A stretch of 64,000 nucleotides of DNA from Sphyrna mokarran. Taxonomy: Eukaryota. The stretch lies in NCBI GenBank assembly GCA_024679065.1, contig JAGIQG010000004.1, positions 62,868,001-62,932,000 on the forward strand. The letters are read 5' to 3'. Below are positions 39,507 through 52,614 of the stretch, piece after piece. The notes beneath the pieces are model-generated. The model did no database searches. It saw only the letters and a program-made list of their open reading frames with translations, and was not told the DNA's origin. The first letter of the stretch is position 1; every line of letters starts with the position of its first letter. Both the position numbers and the translations under genes were made by a program.

Positions 39507-41093
39507 GAAGAGAACAGTGACCACCATACCACACAACCCTGCCACAGAAACGTCTGCAAGATGTGCCAGATCATCGACAGGGATGCCATCATCTCACATG
39601 AGAAACCATCCAGCGGGATTTGTTTCACAAACAGGGCATATATAGATACGAATTCAGTTACAAGATAATGGTTGGAATGCAAGCCTAAATGATAATCAAG
39701 CCTTTATACAGGCGCAGAGAATTTGAGTGGAGAGAAGGTTAAACACAGGTTAAACGCATGTGAATCGTCTCCAGCCAGGACAGTTAGTGGGATTCTGTAA
39801 ACCCAGGCACGTCATGGGGTTACAGATTGTGTGGCATAAAGCCAAGATCCCTTTTGAGGCTGTACTCATGTGTGTGGAAGTTGGCTATCAGTCTCCGCAC
39901 AGGGACTCTGTGCTGCCATGTGTCGTGAAGGTCTGCTTGGAGAACACTTACCTGAAAATCAGAAGCGGAATCCCCGTGACCGTTGAACTGTTCGTCAACA
40001 GGAAGAGAACAATCTTGCCTGGTGATTGTTGAGTGGTGCTCATTCATCCGTTGTATAGCATCTGCATGGTCTCCCCAATGTACTATGCCTCCAGACATCC
40101 TTTCCTGCAGTGTATCAGGTAGGCACAGTCGGCAGAGTTGCAAAAGTACAAAGAACAAAGAATAGAGAACAAAACAGCACGGGAAACAGGCCCTTCAGCC
40201 CAACGAGCCCGCGCCGCCACCCCGATGTTCCCAAATCTATCCGTGATCCCTGTCCATGTTTATAGATCTACGGATTAAAATCCAAATTTGAGACAATTTA
40301 GGGAGAATTTGTTTTGCCAATTAGCCTAAGAGCACATTTTTGGGATGTGGGAGGAAACCGGAGCACATGGAGAAAACACATGCAAGCATGGGGAGAATGC
40401 GCAAACTCCCACAGACATGGGCTCAAATCCATGTATCTGCACAGCACAGCGATAGTCACTGAGCTGTAGTGTTGCCCATCAAATGGTCCAGGTCAAGCGT
40501 TCACTAACGACGTGAAGCACTAGGATACTCTTGAAAAAAAAGCCAAGAGCAGCCCTCTCACGACCCATCGCGTGTATGCCCCTCTTTAGACAACAAGGTG
40601 GATCAAGGCACCTGTAGGATAAAAACAAGCACATCAATATCATCATCTATTTACACAATTCCCAGGGACTCACAAGGCTCATGATCTCCCATTTTAAATC
40701 AGTTTTCTATACCCCTCCATTCCCATTGTGTTCATGTGCTCATCTAATTATCTCTTAAATAACTCCGGAGTGCCTGCCTCCACCACTTTACTTGGCAGCG
40801 CATTCCATACCTCCGCCACCCTCTGTGTGAAAAAACTCCCTCTAGCATCCAAATTATACTTTACCCACCTCACCCTAAGCCCGTGACCCTTTGTGCTATT
40901 CTAGTCCATCCTAGGAAAGAGGTTAACCCTGTTTACTCCATCTATACCCCTCATACCATGCAAATACATACAGTATGTACAGTACGTACCGTGCAACAGG
41001 TTGATGATGTTCTGACATGAGATGATGGCACATGTGTCGATGATCTGACATGCCTTGCAGAGGTTGCTTTGGCAGGATTATGTGGTGTTGGGA
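39507..41093 (-). mobile_element. Penelope-like element (GIY-YIG region + partial pLTR), split by a CR1-C insertion, with an inverted piece at 39507-39606
   Basis: QRMNEHHSTITRQDCSLPVDEQFNGHGDSASDFQVSVLQ; TQPCHRNVCKMCQIID appears in both orientations. Confidence 0.8.
40150..40955 (-). mobile_element. CR1-C nested in Penelope element
   Basis: ORF2 end + spacer + SINE-derived end; AGTAC at 40145 and 40981 as possible TSD. Confidence 0.93.
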
Positions 41094-41321
41094 AAAAAAG
41101 CAGCCGGCTTGATTGATGTCCCATCCACAAACAACCATCAACCATTTACACTGGCAGCAATGTGCGCCATCTATAAGATGCACTGGAGGAACTTAGCAAA
41201 GATCTTTCAGCGCCACCATCTAAATCCAAGTCCACAATAATTAAGAAGAAAAAACTTAGCAGCTACCTGGGAACACCACCTGGATGTCCCCCTCCAAGTC
41301 AATCAACATAATCTTGGAAAT

Positions 41322-41778
41322 AGAATAAAGAACAAAACAGCACGGGAAACAGGCCCTTGGGCCCAACAAGCCCGCGCCGCCATCCCGATGTTCCCACTTC
41401 TACCCGCGATCCCTGTCCATGTTTATAGATCTATGGATTAAAAACAAAATTTGAGACAATTTAGGGAGAATTTGTTTTGCCAATTAGCCTAAGAGCACAT
41501 CTTTGGGATGTGGGAGGAAACCGGAGCGCACGGAGAAAACACAGGCAAGCACGGGGAGAATGCGCAAAATCCCACAGACACAGGCCCAAATCCATGTATC
41601 TGCACAGCACAGCGATAGTCACTGAGCTGTCGTGTTGCCCATCAAATGGTCCAGGTCAAGTGTACACTAATGACGTGAAGCACTAAAATACTCTCGAAAA
41701 AAGAATCCAAGAGCCGCCCTCTCACAACCCCATTGCGTGTATGCCCCTCGTTAGATAACAAGGTGGACCAAAGCATCT
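41322..41778 (-). mobile_element. CR1-C 3' UTR fragment
   Basis: 5' end abuts the tail of the CR1-B copy at 41779. Confidence 0.92.
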
Positions 41779-42396
41779 TAGAACATAGAACATAGAACAC
41801 TACAGCACAAACAGGCCCTTCGGCCCACAAGTTGTGCTGAACACATCAAAACCTACCCAGCCATAGACCTATCTATAACCCCCAATCCCATTGGATCCCA
41901 TATACTCATCCAGAAGTCTTTTAAAAGACCCCAGCGAGGTCGCCTCGACCACCACCGACGGCAGCCGATTCCATTCACTCACCACCCTCTGAGTGAAAAA
42001 CTTTCCCCTAGCATCCCCTCTTGTACTTGCTTCCCTGCACCTTAAATCTGTGCCCTCTCGTCGCGACCATTTCAGCCCTGGGAAATAGTCTCTGAGAGTC
42101 CACCCTATCTATTCCTCTCAACATCTTGTAAAGCTCTATCAGGTCGCCTCTCAACCTTCGTTTCTCCAGGGAGAACAGTCCCAGCTCCCTCAACCTGTCT
42201 TCATAAGGCATGCCTCCCAATCCAGGCAACATCCTTGTAAATCTCCTCTGCACCCTTTCAATAGCTTCCACGTCCTTCCTATAGTGAGGCGACCAGCACT
42301 GCGCACAGTACTCCAAGTGTGGTCTGACAAGGGTCCTATAAAGCTGCAGCATTACCTCCTGACTCCTGAACTCAATCCCTCGATGAATGAAGGCCA
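41779..42396 (-). mobile_element. CR1-B 3' fragment
   Basis: AFIHRGIEFRSQEVMLQLYRTLVRPHLEYC; near-identical to 34873-35490. Confidence 0.95.
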
Positions 42397-43923
42397 TCTT
42401 GTATTCATTTGCGACCAGATGCTCTTCAGTATTGTAAATTTGATTTTTTTTCAAGAATGATCATATACACCTAGTCCTTTCCTTGGTATAGTATAATTTT
42501 CTTAAATTGTGAACGCGGACGCAAGGTACATGTTCAGTTTATGTGCGATTTCCTCGCTTTCATTTGCAATTGTAGTCATCAGTTAACATGCAAAAAAAAT
42601 CTTTAACATCACTACCGTCTAATATTTTTGCGCAAGTTCGTTCTTGTTGATTTTATAAACAGTTGCATTTTTTAATGCGCCTACCTTATCACCGTTTGAG
42701 ATTCTTAATTAACCCTATTCAAACATTTTGAAATTAGTTTTTCCCCCTCTTTAATGCCTGCTGTGATTTTTAAGTTGATAATAGCTAGTTTCATGTATTG
42801 ATTTGTTTTGCACGAGCTTTCAAATGTTCTGTTCCTGCTCCAAATTGTATTCTTGATTTTATGGTCAATGGATTCAAAAATTCGGAATTTGGAAACAGTC
42901 TTTGGATAGGCTTAAAGTATTCGTAGTGTTTTTAACTGATCATAGGATTTTCGGCATACACTTGACAAAAACGATATATTGTACCATTGTTTCTTTTCAA
43001 GAATGCAAGCATCTCTTTACCGATTCACAATTTCTTATCATTAGCTGGTGAACTTGGGAAACCAGCGACATATGGACAGGATATTTGCCTACCCAACATG
43101 TTTTTTTTTTCACAATTCAGTCAAACCCACAGTTCAAGTCTCAGAGTCATACGGTATAAATAAGGTTAAGACAAATGTCGTTCCCTATCTGTGAAAATCT
43201 GATAGCCGCTTCCGCCGAAGCACAGTTAAAGTCGCGAATTTGCCGTCCAACAGGCCATACTTTCAAAATTTACGCAAATATGTATCATTATTGGTCTTTC
43301 CACTCAGATACCATTAGCAACATCACGTTGCTGAGTTTACTTGACACATTGAAATTGAATTAGCACGAAAAAAATGTATCTGTTTTAGTCCTCCTACTAT
43401 TTAAGTGGCGTCATAAATCTCAAACTACCAACCGAATGCTGCAAACGATTCTTGTAAGCGTGAAAGATGAACTTTCAGATTCGGTTTATGTAATCTGCAC
43501 TATTCACGATATCTTGTGCTCACTGTAACGGTTCATTCAGGCTTGTTTTGCGGCATATCTTAAAATCCCTGTTACCGTCCGCAACACCTATAACTGTACT
43601 AACCACAGACATTGGCAAAGTGGTACTTATGCAGAGTTCTGAACATCTTTTCTAATTGAAATGCAACGGAAACTTCGCTGCACCAGTTTTCCATTGCATC
43701 AATGCTAGTAACGCGGGGCTGCTGCGTGGAATTTTTAATGTGTGCAGTAACCTATCAGGACAAAGTGCGTTGTTTTATTGTCTGACTTTTTAACCTGTTT
43801 GACATGAGGTTAAAATCTTCTGTCGATGTTATAAACATTGTGGGCGACTTTCCTCACCTTAGCACTTTCCCATGGGTTTTCAACATAAATTTGCAAAAAA
43901 ACTAATGAAATTTAAAGCGCAAA

Positions 43924-46070
43924 TAGAACATAGAACATAGAACAATACAGCACAGAACAGGCCCTTCGGCCTTCGATGTTGTGCCGACCAAAATAAAAAG
44001 CAATGCCCCTCCAAACTAAACCATTCCCTTCTCTTCCATATACTTATCAATTAACCTCTTAAACGCCACCAAACTTGGCGCATCTACAACAGCTGCAGGC
44101 AGGGCATTCCACTCCCTAATCACTCTTTTGAGTAAAGAACCTACCTCTGATATCCGTCCTATAACTCATACCCCTTATTTAAAGCTGTGTCCCCTCGTGC
44201 TAGCTTTCTCCATCCTAGGAAAAAGGCTATCACTGTCCACCCTATCTAAACCTCTAATCATCTTATATGCTTCAATTAGATCCCCTCTTAGCCGCCTCCT
44301 TTCTAACGAAAACAACCTCAAATCCTTCAACCTCTCTTCATAGGACCTGCCCTCCATACCAGGCACATCCTGGTAAACCTCCTCTGTACCCTCTCCAATG
44401 CCTCCACATCTTTCTTATAATGTGGGGACCAGAACTGCACACAATACTCCAAGTGCGGCCGCACTAGAGTTTTGTACAGTTGCAACATGATGCTGTGGCT
44501 CCTAAATTCAATCCCCTTACCAATAAAAGCTAAGACTCCATATGCCTTCTTAACAACTTTATCCACTTGACTGCCTACTTTCAGGGATCTATTGACGCAT
44601 ACACCAAGATCCTTCTGTTCCTCAACACTATTAAGAGCCCTACCATTAGCCCTATACTCTACACATTTATTGTTCCTGCCAAAGTGCATTACCTCACACT
44701 TTTCCACATTAAACTCAATTTGCCACCTCTCGGCCCAGCTCTGCAACTTGTCCAAGTCACTCTGTAAACTAAAACACCCCTCTTCACTATCTACCACACC
44801 ACCAACTTTAGTATCATCTGCAAATTTACTGATCCATCCCTCAATACCCTCATCCAGATCATTTATAAAAATTACAAACAGCAGGGGCCCCAAAACAGAC
44901 CCCTGAGGCACACCACTCGTCACCGAACTCCACGATGAAAATCTCCCATCAACCACCACCCTCTGTCTTCTATCTGCCAGCCAATTTCTAATCCAATTAG
45001 CTAAATCTCCCTCTATTCCACACATCTGCATTTTCTGTAGAAGTCTTCCATGGGCCACCTTATCAAAAGCCTTACTAAAGTCCATATATACTACATCAAC
45101 CGCCTTACCCCCATCCACCTCTCTGGTCACTTTCTCAAAACACTCAATGAGGTTAGTAAGGCATGACCTACCCTTCACGAAACCATGCTGACTATCCCCA
45201 ATCAATTCATTTCTCTCTAAATAACTATAAATCCTATCCCTAATAATTCTCTCCAATACCTTGCCCACAACAGAAGTAAGACTCACTGGCCTATAATTCC
45301 CTGGAAGGTCTCTCTTCCCCTTCTTAAACAATGGGACCACATTCGCTATCCTCCAGTCCTCCGGAACCACACCCGTAACCAACGAGGACCTGAAGATCAG
45401 AGCCAGAGGCTCTGCAATCTCCTCTCTTGCCTCCCAGAGAATCCTAGGGTAAATCCCGTCCGGCCCAGGGGACTTATCCAACTTCAAACCCTCGAGAATT
45501 TCTAACACATCCTCCCTATCTACTACAATACTTCCCAATTTGCAACCCTGTACCTCAGTGTTCTCCATAGCTACATTTCCAGCACTCTGTGTGAATACCG
45601 AAGAGAAATATTTATTCAGTGCCTCACCAATCTCCTCAGGCTCCACGCACAACTTCCCACTGCTGTCTATGACTGGCCCTAATCTTGCCCTAACCAATCT
45701 TCTATTCTTAACATATCGAAAGAAAGCTTTAGGATTCTCCTTAATCCTATCAGCCAACATCTTCTCGTGTCCCCTCTTAGCTCTCCTCAATTCACTTTTT
45801 ACCTCCTTCCTGGCTAATCTATAGCTATCCATTGCACTACCTGAGCCTTCAAGCCTCATCCTGACATAAGCCTCCTTTTTCTTCTTAACCAGCAAATCAA
45901 CTCTTTTCGTACACCAAGGCTCTCTTACTCGTCCATTTCCTCCCTGCCTGACAGGGACATGCTTATCAAGGACTCGCAGCAGCTGCTCCTTGAATAAGCA
46001 CCACATTCCAGATGTTCCCAGTCCCTGTAGTTCCCTAGTCCAATCTATGCACCCTAATTCTCTCCTGATG
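43924..46070 (-). mobile_element. CR1-D, 5'-truncated, long intact RT ORF
   Basis: 559-aa ORF with [23 protein letters not shown]; (CATAGAA)n tail. Confidence 0.97.
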
Positions 46071-46589
46071 AAAAATGAAGCGCAGAAGTTACAGAAGCAA
46101 TTACAGAATTGCTTCTGTAAGCAATTAGCAATCGTGTATTAAAAAAAAGTTCGAATAATTTATGTCTCTAACAACAACTAAAGTTTCGAAGAATTGGCCT
46201 TCCCAATCTACGAATTCAGCGCCAGAGAATTCGGTTATCATTAAGATATACCAAAACGCGCTTAAGGTTGTACTTCTATCTGTATTGACCAGATGCATTT
46301 TTTTTTCTGGTGAGATTATTTAGTATAAATGAGATAATAGAACACTTATCACAAAATTGTATATATTTGAATAATATGAGTCAGCCACCAAGATTCTGTC
46401 GTCTCGTAAGGTTTGGAGGAGCAATGCAACTCGGAGAGCAACAACTTGTGGACGAGATGTAATGGGTGGTGTACCGGGGGATCGACGCTGGAAGCTCAAC
46501 TGTTTACAATTCATATAAATGATCATAAGGAGTGACTGAAAAGACTTTTCAAATTTGGTGGTGATATAAGAATAGATAGGGGCGTATAT

Positions 46590-47750
46590 CATGCTGAGGA
46601 CCCAAGGAAATTACAAAAAAAACCCGATTAAGTGAGTGGGCAAAGATGTGACAAATGAAGTACAACGTGGTAAATGTGAAATCGTCCATTTTGACAGGAA
46701 TTTAAAAAAGCGTATCATCTGAAGGGCGAGTATATTTCAGAGATCTGATGAATCACAGCAGACAAATATGCATGTACAGCAAGTAATTGGGAAAGCTAAT
46801 GGAATGGTGTCATTTGCTGCGAGGGGAATTGAACAGACTCGTTGGGAAGCTATGCTTCATTTAAACAATGTACTAGTGAGGCCACATTATACAGTATTGA
46901 TTGCCATGTCTGAGGAAAAATCATAGATCATAGAACCTTGCAGTGCAGAAAGAGACCCTTTGGCCCATCGAGTCTGCACCGACCACCATCCCATCCAGGC
47001 CTTACCCCACCCCCCCCACCCCCCACCCCCAATCTCTCTAATCTACCAACTAGAATACTAAGGATCTTTTTTTTTAGCATGGCGAATCTACCTAACCCGC
47101 ACATCCTTGGACTATGGGAGAAAACCGAAGCATCCGGAGGAAACCCACGCAGACACGAGAGAATGTGCAAACTCCATACAGACGGTGAACAGGGCCGGGA
47201 ATCGAACCCAGCTCCCTGGAGTTGTGAAACAGCAGTGCTAACCACTGTGCTACCGTGCCGCCCATGAAGATGTAAATGTTTTGGAAGCGGTTCAGAGACG
47301 GTTTACTGTATTAAAACCTGGAATGAATGGATTGGCTGTGAAGAAAGATTAGCCAGGCTAACGTTGCATCTGTTGGAGTTTCTAAAGGCAATTAGCGACT
47401 TCATCGACACATATAAGACGCATGCCGTTTTGACAGGGTGTCTCGGGAGAGGATGCATACGTTGGAGAATCTAGACTTAAAGGTGACTGTTTAAGACAAG
47501 TGGTTGCCCATTGAAAAGGAACAATAGGCGACTTTTTCACTTAGAAAGTTGTGAATTTTTGGAACTCTTCCTGAATAAGTGCAGGAAACAGAATATTTGA
47601 ATATTTTAAGGCAACGGTGCATAGATGTGCAAGGGATGACCGGACATTGGATGTAGGCGGAATATAGACTTAGGGTCAGGTCAACCATGATTTTATGAAG
47701 TGGCCGAAAAGGCTCCAAAAGACTGAATGGTCTTCTCCTACTCCTTGTTC
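46590..47750 (+). mobile_element. Old CR1 3' fragment interrupted by a SINE
   Basis: EWAKM.QMKYNV, LEAVQRRFT relics on either side of the SINE. Confidence 0.7.
46921..47263 (-). mobile_element. Full-length HE1-type V-SINE
   Basis: GGGCGGCACGGTAGCACAGTGG (A box), GGTTCGATTCCC (B box), V core, CR1-type tail. Confidence 0.93.
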
Positions 47751-48214
47751 ACGTGTTATTCATTTGCGAAATTAGCCCTGAAGTGTGTTTGGCGAAAATG
47801 TATGGCTACTTTTGATGTATATTGATCATGGGATAAAAGTCTAACTGATATGTACATTGCAGAACTTCAGTCGTTCTCACCATAATTCCCTGGCATACTA
47901 TTTGTTTGCTGACCCTATCTTTACTTAAATAGCCATGAAACAATGAGGTACAACTTACCCAGTGTTGCCCGGAGAGATTTGCAGAACGATTCAGTATATA
48001 TTTTCACAATTAAGTTTATTTTGCAGCGTTGCCCACCCTCCGGGAAACCTATGGAGTTTGCGAAAACGTAAGTAACAATGAGATTCAGCAATATTTGCAA
48101 CATTGCTTTCATTAGTCAAAAATGCTCCGGCTATTTTTTTTAATTTAGTGTGTTGCCAATTTCGACAGCAAATCAAGTTATTTGCTTTTGTCTTCCGATC
48201 AATACATATTTATT

Positions 48215-48522
48215 AGAACAAAGAACAAAAACAGCACGGGAAACAGGCCCTTCGGCCCAACGAGCCCGCGCCAACACCCCGATGTTCTCACCTCTACCCA
48301 TGATCCCTGTCTATGTTTATAGATCTATGGATTAAAAACCAAATTTGAGACAATTTAGGGAGAATTTGTTCTGCCAATTAGCCTAAGAGCACATATTTGG
48401 GATGTGGGAGGAAACCGGAGCGCCCGGAGAAAACCCACGCAAGCACGGGAAGAATGCGCAAACTCCCACAGACACAGGCCCAAATCCATGTATCTGCACA
48501 GCACAGAGATAGTCACTGAGCT
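48215..48522 (-). mobile_element. CR1-C 3' fragment ~170 bp upstream of the Ig-gene ATG
   Basis: Matches other CR1-C ends; truncated at AGCTCAGTGACT. Confidence 0.92.
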
Positions 48523-48694
48523 ATTACAGGCTATTCGGTGTTAAAGTGACTTGAAGCAAAATATCTCATTTCCGAAAACAGAATGACGGGATGATAAACG
48601 TCACAGTGACGGCTTCCATATTAAAGGAAGTTAAACGTGCATTTGTTTAGCAAAGCTGGGAAATACAGTCGTATTCAGCAAGAGCTTGATCACA

Positions 48695-48749
48695 ATGTTG
48701 AATAATAAGTTGATCCTGTGTTTCACTATCGTGGAGATAATTCATGGAG
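48695..48749 (+). CDS. IgSF V-C1-TM receptor, exon 1 (leader) MLNNKLILCFTIVEIIHG
   Basis: ACAATG start, hydrophobic core, phase-1 donor G|GTGACT matching the next exon. Confidence 0.75.
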
Positions 48750-48948
48750 GTGACTGCTTATTTTCTGTCTTGTATCTCTCAACATAAACTGAAATATTGT
48801 CTCTTTCACAGATATGAACATATATCTACTTTGAACTTTCGTAATCACACTCCATCCTCTATACCCCGTCCCCTTAGTACTGAACCATCCCCAAACCCCT
48901 TGGTATTTATAAAGTTAGTTTTAAAGTATTTATAATTAATTGTTTCAG

Positions 48949-49263
48949 TAGATACTTCAATTCAAGTAATTCAACTTCCTGAAAGTCTGAGAACAATCCA
49001 AGGCACAACTGTCACTTTTCATTGTTCGGTACCGTACCCTCCAGACGACGCGAATGTGACCTTCATGTGGTTGAAAGAAGGTGAAAATCGGCACCTGAGT
49101 ACAACCACCGATCACCGAAAGATTTTCGGCTTCACAAACAGATTTAGTGGCTTTCTTCGCATCACCAATGTAAGCTTCCAGGATGCTGGAATATATTACT
49201 GCTCGGTGCAACAACGTGGCTACATAACTGGAAATGTGATTGGATCTAACTTAACAGTATGGG
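48949..49263 (+). CDS. IgSF V-C1-TM receptor, VJ-type V-domain exon
   Basis: VIQLPESL..VTFHC..FMWLKEG..LRITNVSFQDAGIYYC..GNVIGSNLTVW; acceptor TTTCAG, donor G|GTGAGT; phase 1-1. Confidence 0.93.
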
Positions 49264-50078
49264 GTGAGTATCGAGATTTTGCAGAATGCATTATGTCATT
49301 GTGACATGTAAAACAGATCAAACATCAGACAATAATTGCAATTATTAGATCAAATCTCTCATGGGACATTGGAAGATTTAAGAACTAATAATAGAAAGTA
49401 GGAGGCATTTCATTTAGACATTCAATTGTCTGAAAGGACAAAGAAGAAAGTAGCTCAGGATTTGGGGAAAATTAAGAAATTACCGAAAATGCTGCAATGG
49501 GTAATCAGAACTGGCAGCATCTGTCGAGAGATGATCAGAGCTTCGATTTTGTCAGAACTGCCAAAATAGCCATTAGATCATCATTTGAAATCGCGAGCAA
49601 GGTTTCCTATCACAGTGAGATATCCCAACAATGTCCAGCGAACCGACAACAAGCCCGCTAATTCAGTACTTAAAGCTACCAACAACACATTCAAATTTTC
49701 CGTTAAAAATAGCTCCTGAAATTGCTACAAATATCGATCGCGACTGTTTTCGCTATAATGTAACTTGTTGAACAGTGATAATCGTGAATGTTGCTCTGTT
49801 TGTGACAGTCAGAAACGTGGGCAGAAAGAAATTCCATTCCAACAGTCTTGAAAACTGAAAATGCCCTTGTTTGCTATATCGCCAGAAATTAAATCGTTTC
49901 TTCTCGCCCGATTCACATATAAATTCTATTTTTAATTTCTTTATAATCATTAAATATCATCTTTTACATACATCATCTGTAATCACAAGCACATGATAAT
50001 AATCATTTGTAAAGTTTGAAAAAAGCTCCAATGTGACATCAAAGTGCCATAGATTTTATTTTATGTCCTGTTTTATAG

Positions 50079-50384
50079 CACCTCCAAGCCAAGTGCAAAT
50101 TCTCCCTAGTGATCCTCGAAGCGATTCATCCGTATCCCTTGTGTGTGAGGCGTCTGAATTTTACCCTGAAATTATTGCACTCGAATGGTATAAAGATGGT
50201 ATCGAAATTTCAACTGGGGTATCTGTCTTGAAACAGCAAAAATCAGACGGATTGTACGAAGCTCGCAGCTTTTGGAAAGAGTTACAGCCAGCTCCGATTG
50301 GAAGTGTTTACAGCTGTCTGGTCTCTCACGTTACATTGGAAACTCCATTAGTTGCTACGTATGTCATTACATATCCTAACGCAG
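50079..50384 (+). CDS. IgSF V-C1-TM receptor, C1-set domain exon
   Basis: VSLVCEASEFYPEIIALEWYKDG..DGLY..YSCLVSHVTL (FYP and YxCxVxH); TTTTATAG acceptor, G|GTACAT donor. Confidence 0.93.
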
Positions 50385-51048
50385 GTACATGACTAACTAC
50401 CGAGATAGTCAATTAATATCTTACCGGTCAGAAAGGACAACTACTTAAATCAATACAAAGTACAATACATTTTCAATGTTAACCAAACTTTTGTGCATAT
50501 GTAGAACAGCAATCTTTGACTCCATTTTAAACGCTTTTTATTTGTTTTTTTTTACGAATTTTAGATAAATTAGTAAAGTACGATTTCCCCCTTTTAAGCC
50601 TATGTTGAGGCTTCAAATCATTAAAGATAAACCTGAGAAATTATAATAAGCATTACTCAGTGACGGAATAAATTGTAATGGGGATATGCCGATCTAAGAG
50701 CATTGATAAATGACCCACAGGCGTCAAGAGATAGGAGAGGGTGTTGGTTGGGAGCGAGGAGTGTGGTGGTGGGTGGTGGGGGGACAGAGTTAGAGGAGTG
50801 ACATTGGTGAGAGGAATGGTGATGTTATGCATCGAATTGTTACAGAACAGATCACTCCGTCTGAAGAGTCATTGGAGCCGGTGAATAGCTGACTCTAACA
50901 AAACAAAGAAAAGCAGAGACATAAGTTCGTTAAACTTGCCTGTTAGTGTGCAGTTATAGAAAACATGATTAAAGGTGAAAATTACGATAGCTTTGTGAGC
51001 AGGCAATATACTTAATATTTGATCTTTGCTTTAATATTAATTTTGTAG

Positions 51049-51158
51049 GCAGTCAAATCTCCCGCCTTCTGCTGATTTCTGGATGCATTGGATATGGTCT
51101 AATATGTCTACTCTTCAGTGTCTTAATTTGGAAGCGACACCAGTTAAAGGATTTGTAG
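51049..51158 (+). CDS. IgSF V-C1-TM receptor, transmembrane exon with short tail and TAG
   Basis: GSQISRLLLISGCIGYGLICLLFSVLIWKRHQLKDL*; TTTTGTAG acceptor; AG|GTAAGG donor 2 nt after the stop. Confidence 0.85.
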
Positions 51159-51342
51159 AGGTAAGGTAAATTAAACGCCATAAGTGATTGTATGGGTTAT
51201 ATATGTTGCTATTATACGTTGACTGGATGTAAACGTAGCTGGAAAAGCGAGCATTTATTTTCCACTACAACGTACACGATTGATTTCAACACAGTGCCCT
51301 TAAAAGGATATAGGCCTCGTTTAAGAAGGAACCACGACACCA

Positions 51343-51895
51343 TAAGAAATACGAATAGTAATAGGCTTTATGGCCCATAGAGCCTAGCCTACCATTCAGT
51401 GAGCATTGCTGATCCAACATTCCTCACGCCCACTTTCCTTCCCTATCCCCTTAACCTTTAATTCGCTTACTGATTAAAAATCTATCTATCGTTGCCTTAA
51501 ATATGCACAAGAACTCTGCCTGGTGTTCCAGAGAATCACAGCCCTCTAAAAGAAGAAACTTCTCCCCATCTGAGTTGAAAATTGGAGCCTCTTTATGCTG
51601 AGACCATGCCCCCTGGTCATAGCCTCTTTAATGAGGGAAGAAATCTTACCGAATTCACCCTGTCAAGCTTTGAAAGAATCCTTTATGTTCCAGTGAGAGA
51701 CCTCTCATTCTTCTAAATTCCAATGATAGAGTCCAACTTTTTTCTAACTTTCCTCTTAAGGCAATCGTTCAATATCAGGGATCATCCCAGTACACATTCC
51801 CTGAATTGTCTCCAATTAAAGAATATATTTCCTTTAAAAAAAAAGACCAAATCTACTCGCTGTTCTTCAGATGTGGTCTCACCTGTGCAATTGTA
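51343..51895 (-). mobile_element. Old CR1 3' fragment
   Basis: CATAAGAAAT tail and ORF2 C-terminal relic. Confidence 0.65.
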
Positions 51896-52614
51896 GAAAG
51901 GTGGCAACAAATCCTCGCCTTAAACTATATGACAAAAATGTACGACATCTTCAGGACAACAAAAGTGGTAGTATTTCAATTGGCCCCACGTAAAATGCAA
52001 TCACGATTCATGCTTCACCTCTGCTGATGAGAATATGTATAATCCTCTCTCTCTCTCCCCCCACCTCCTTTCACGATATATGCTTTATAATCTGAAACAA
52101 ATATGTTAATGTAGAGTTCCGAATTAGTGCTGGCTTTTCTTAATTGAATCAAATAAAATATGTGTGATATTTTACAGCTATGCAATGACTTGTTCGAAAT
52201 ACATAACAAGCCGCATCTTTTGATTGAAGGTTTAATTCTAAACTTTACAAATATATGGTTCTTGTGGCTCTGAGCATATGACCATGCTTCCATCGTCCAA
52301 TTAGAACCATTCACATTTATTTTCTACAAAAATATAATTGGCAAAAATACATCATTCAGTCGTTGTTGAAAAAAAATGCAGAATTAATGGGAAGTTGTTT
52401 CTGGCGGAACGAGAATAATCCTGAACAGTCACACTTTACTGAGAGATTCTATACCTTGTGGATCAAATACGTTTGAGGTCTATCAAACTTTCACATTGAT
52501 GATCTAACTTCACATTTGTGCATTGAGAGCTTATCTAATAAATATGAGTTAATGCTCTTGCATAGAACAGATTATATTGTAAATTACCTTATGTGTTTTA
52601 TTTTCAAACAGATA

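Noticed and set aside
48602-49650. CACAGTG heptamers near the V exon as possible RSS
   Set aside because: No nonamer at 12 or 23 nt spacing, and the V exon already contains its G strand
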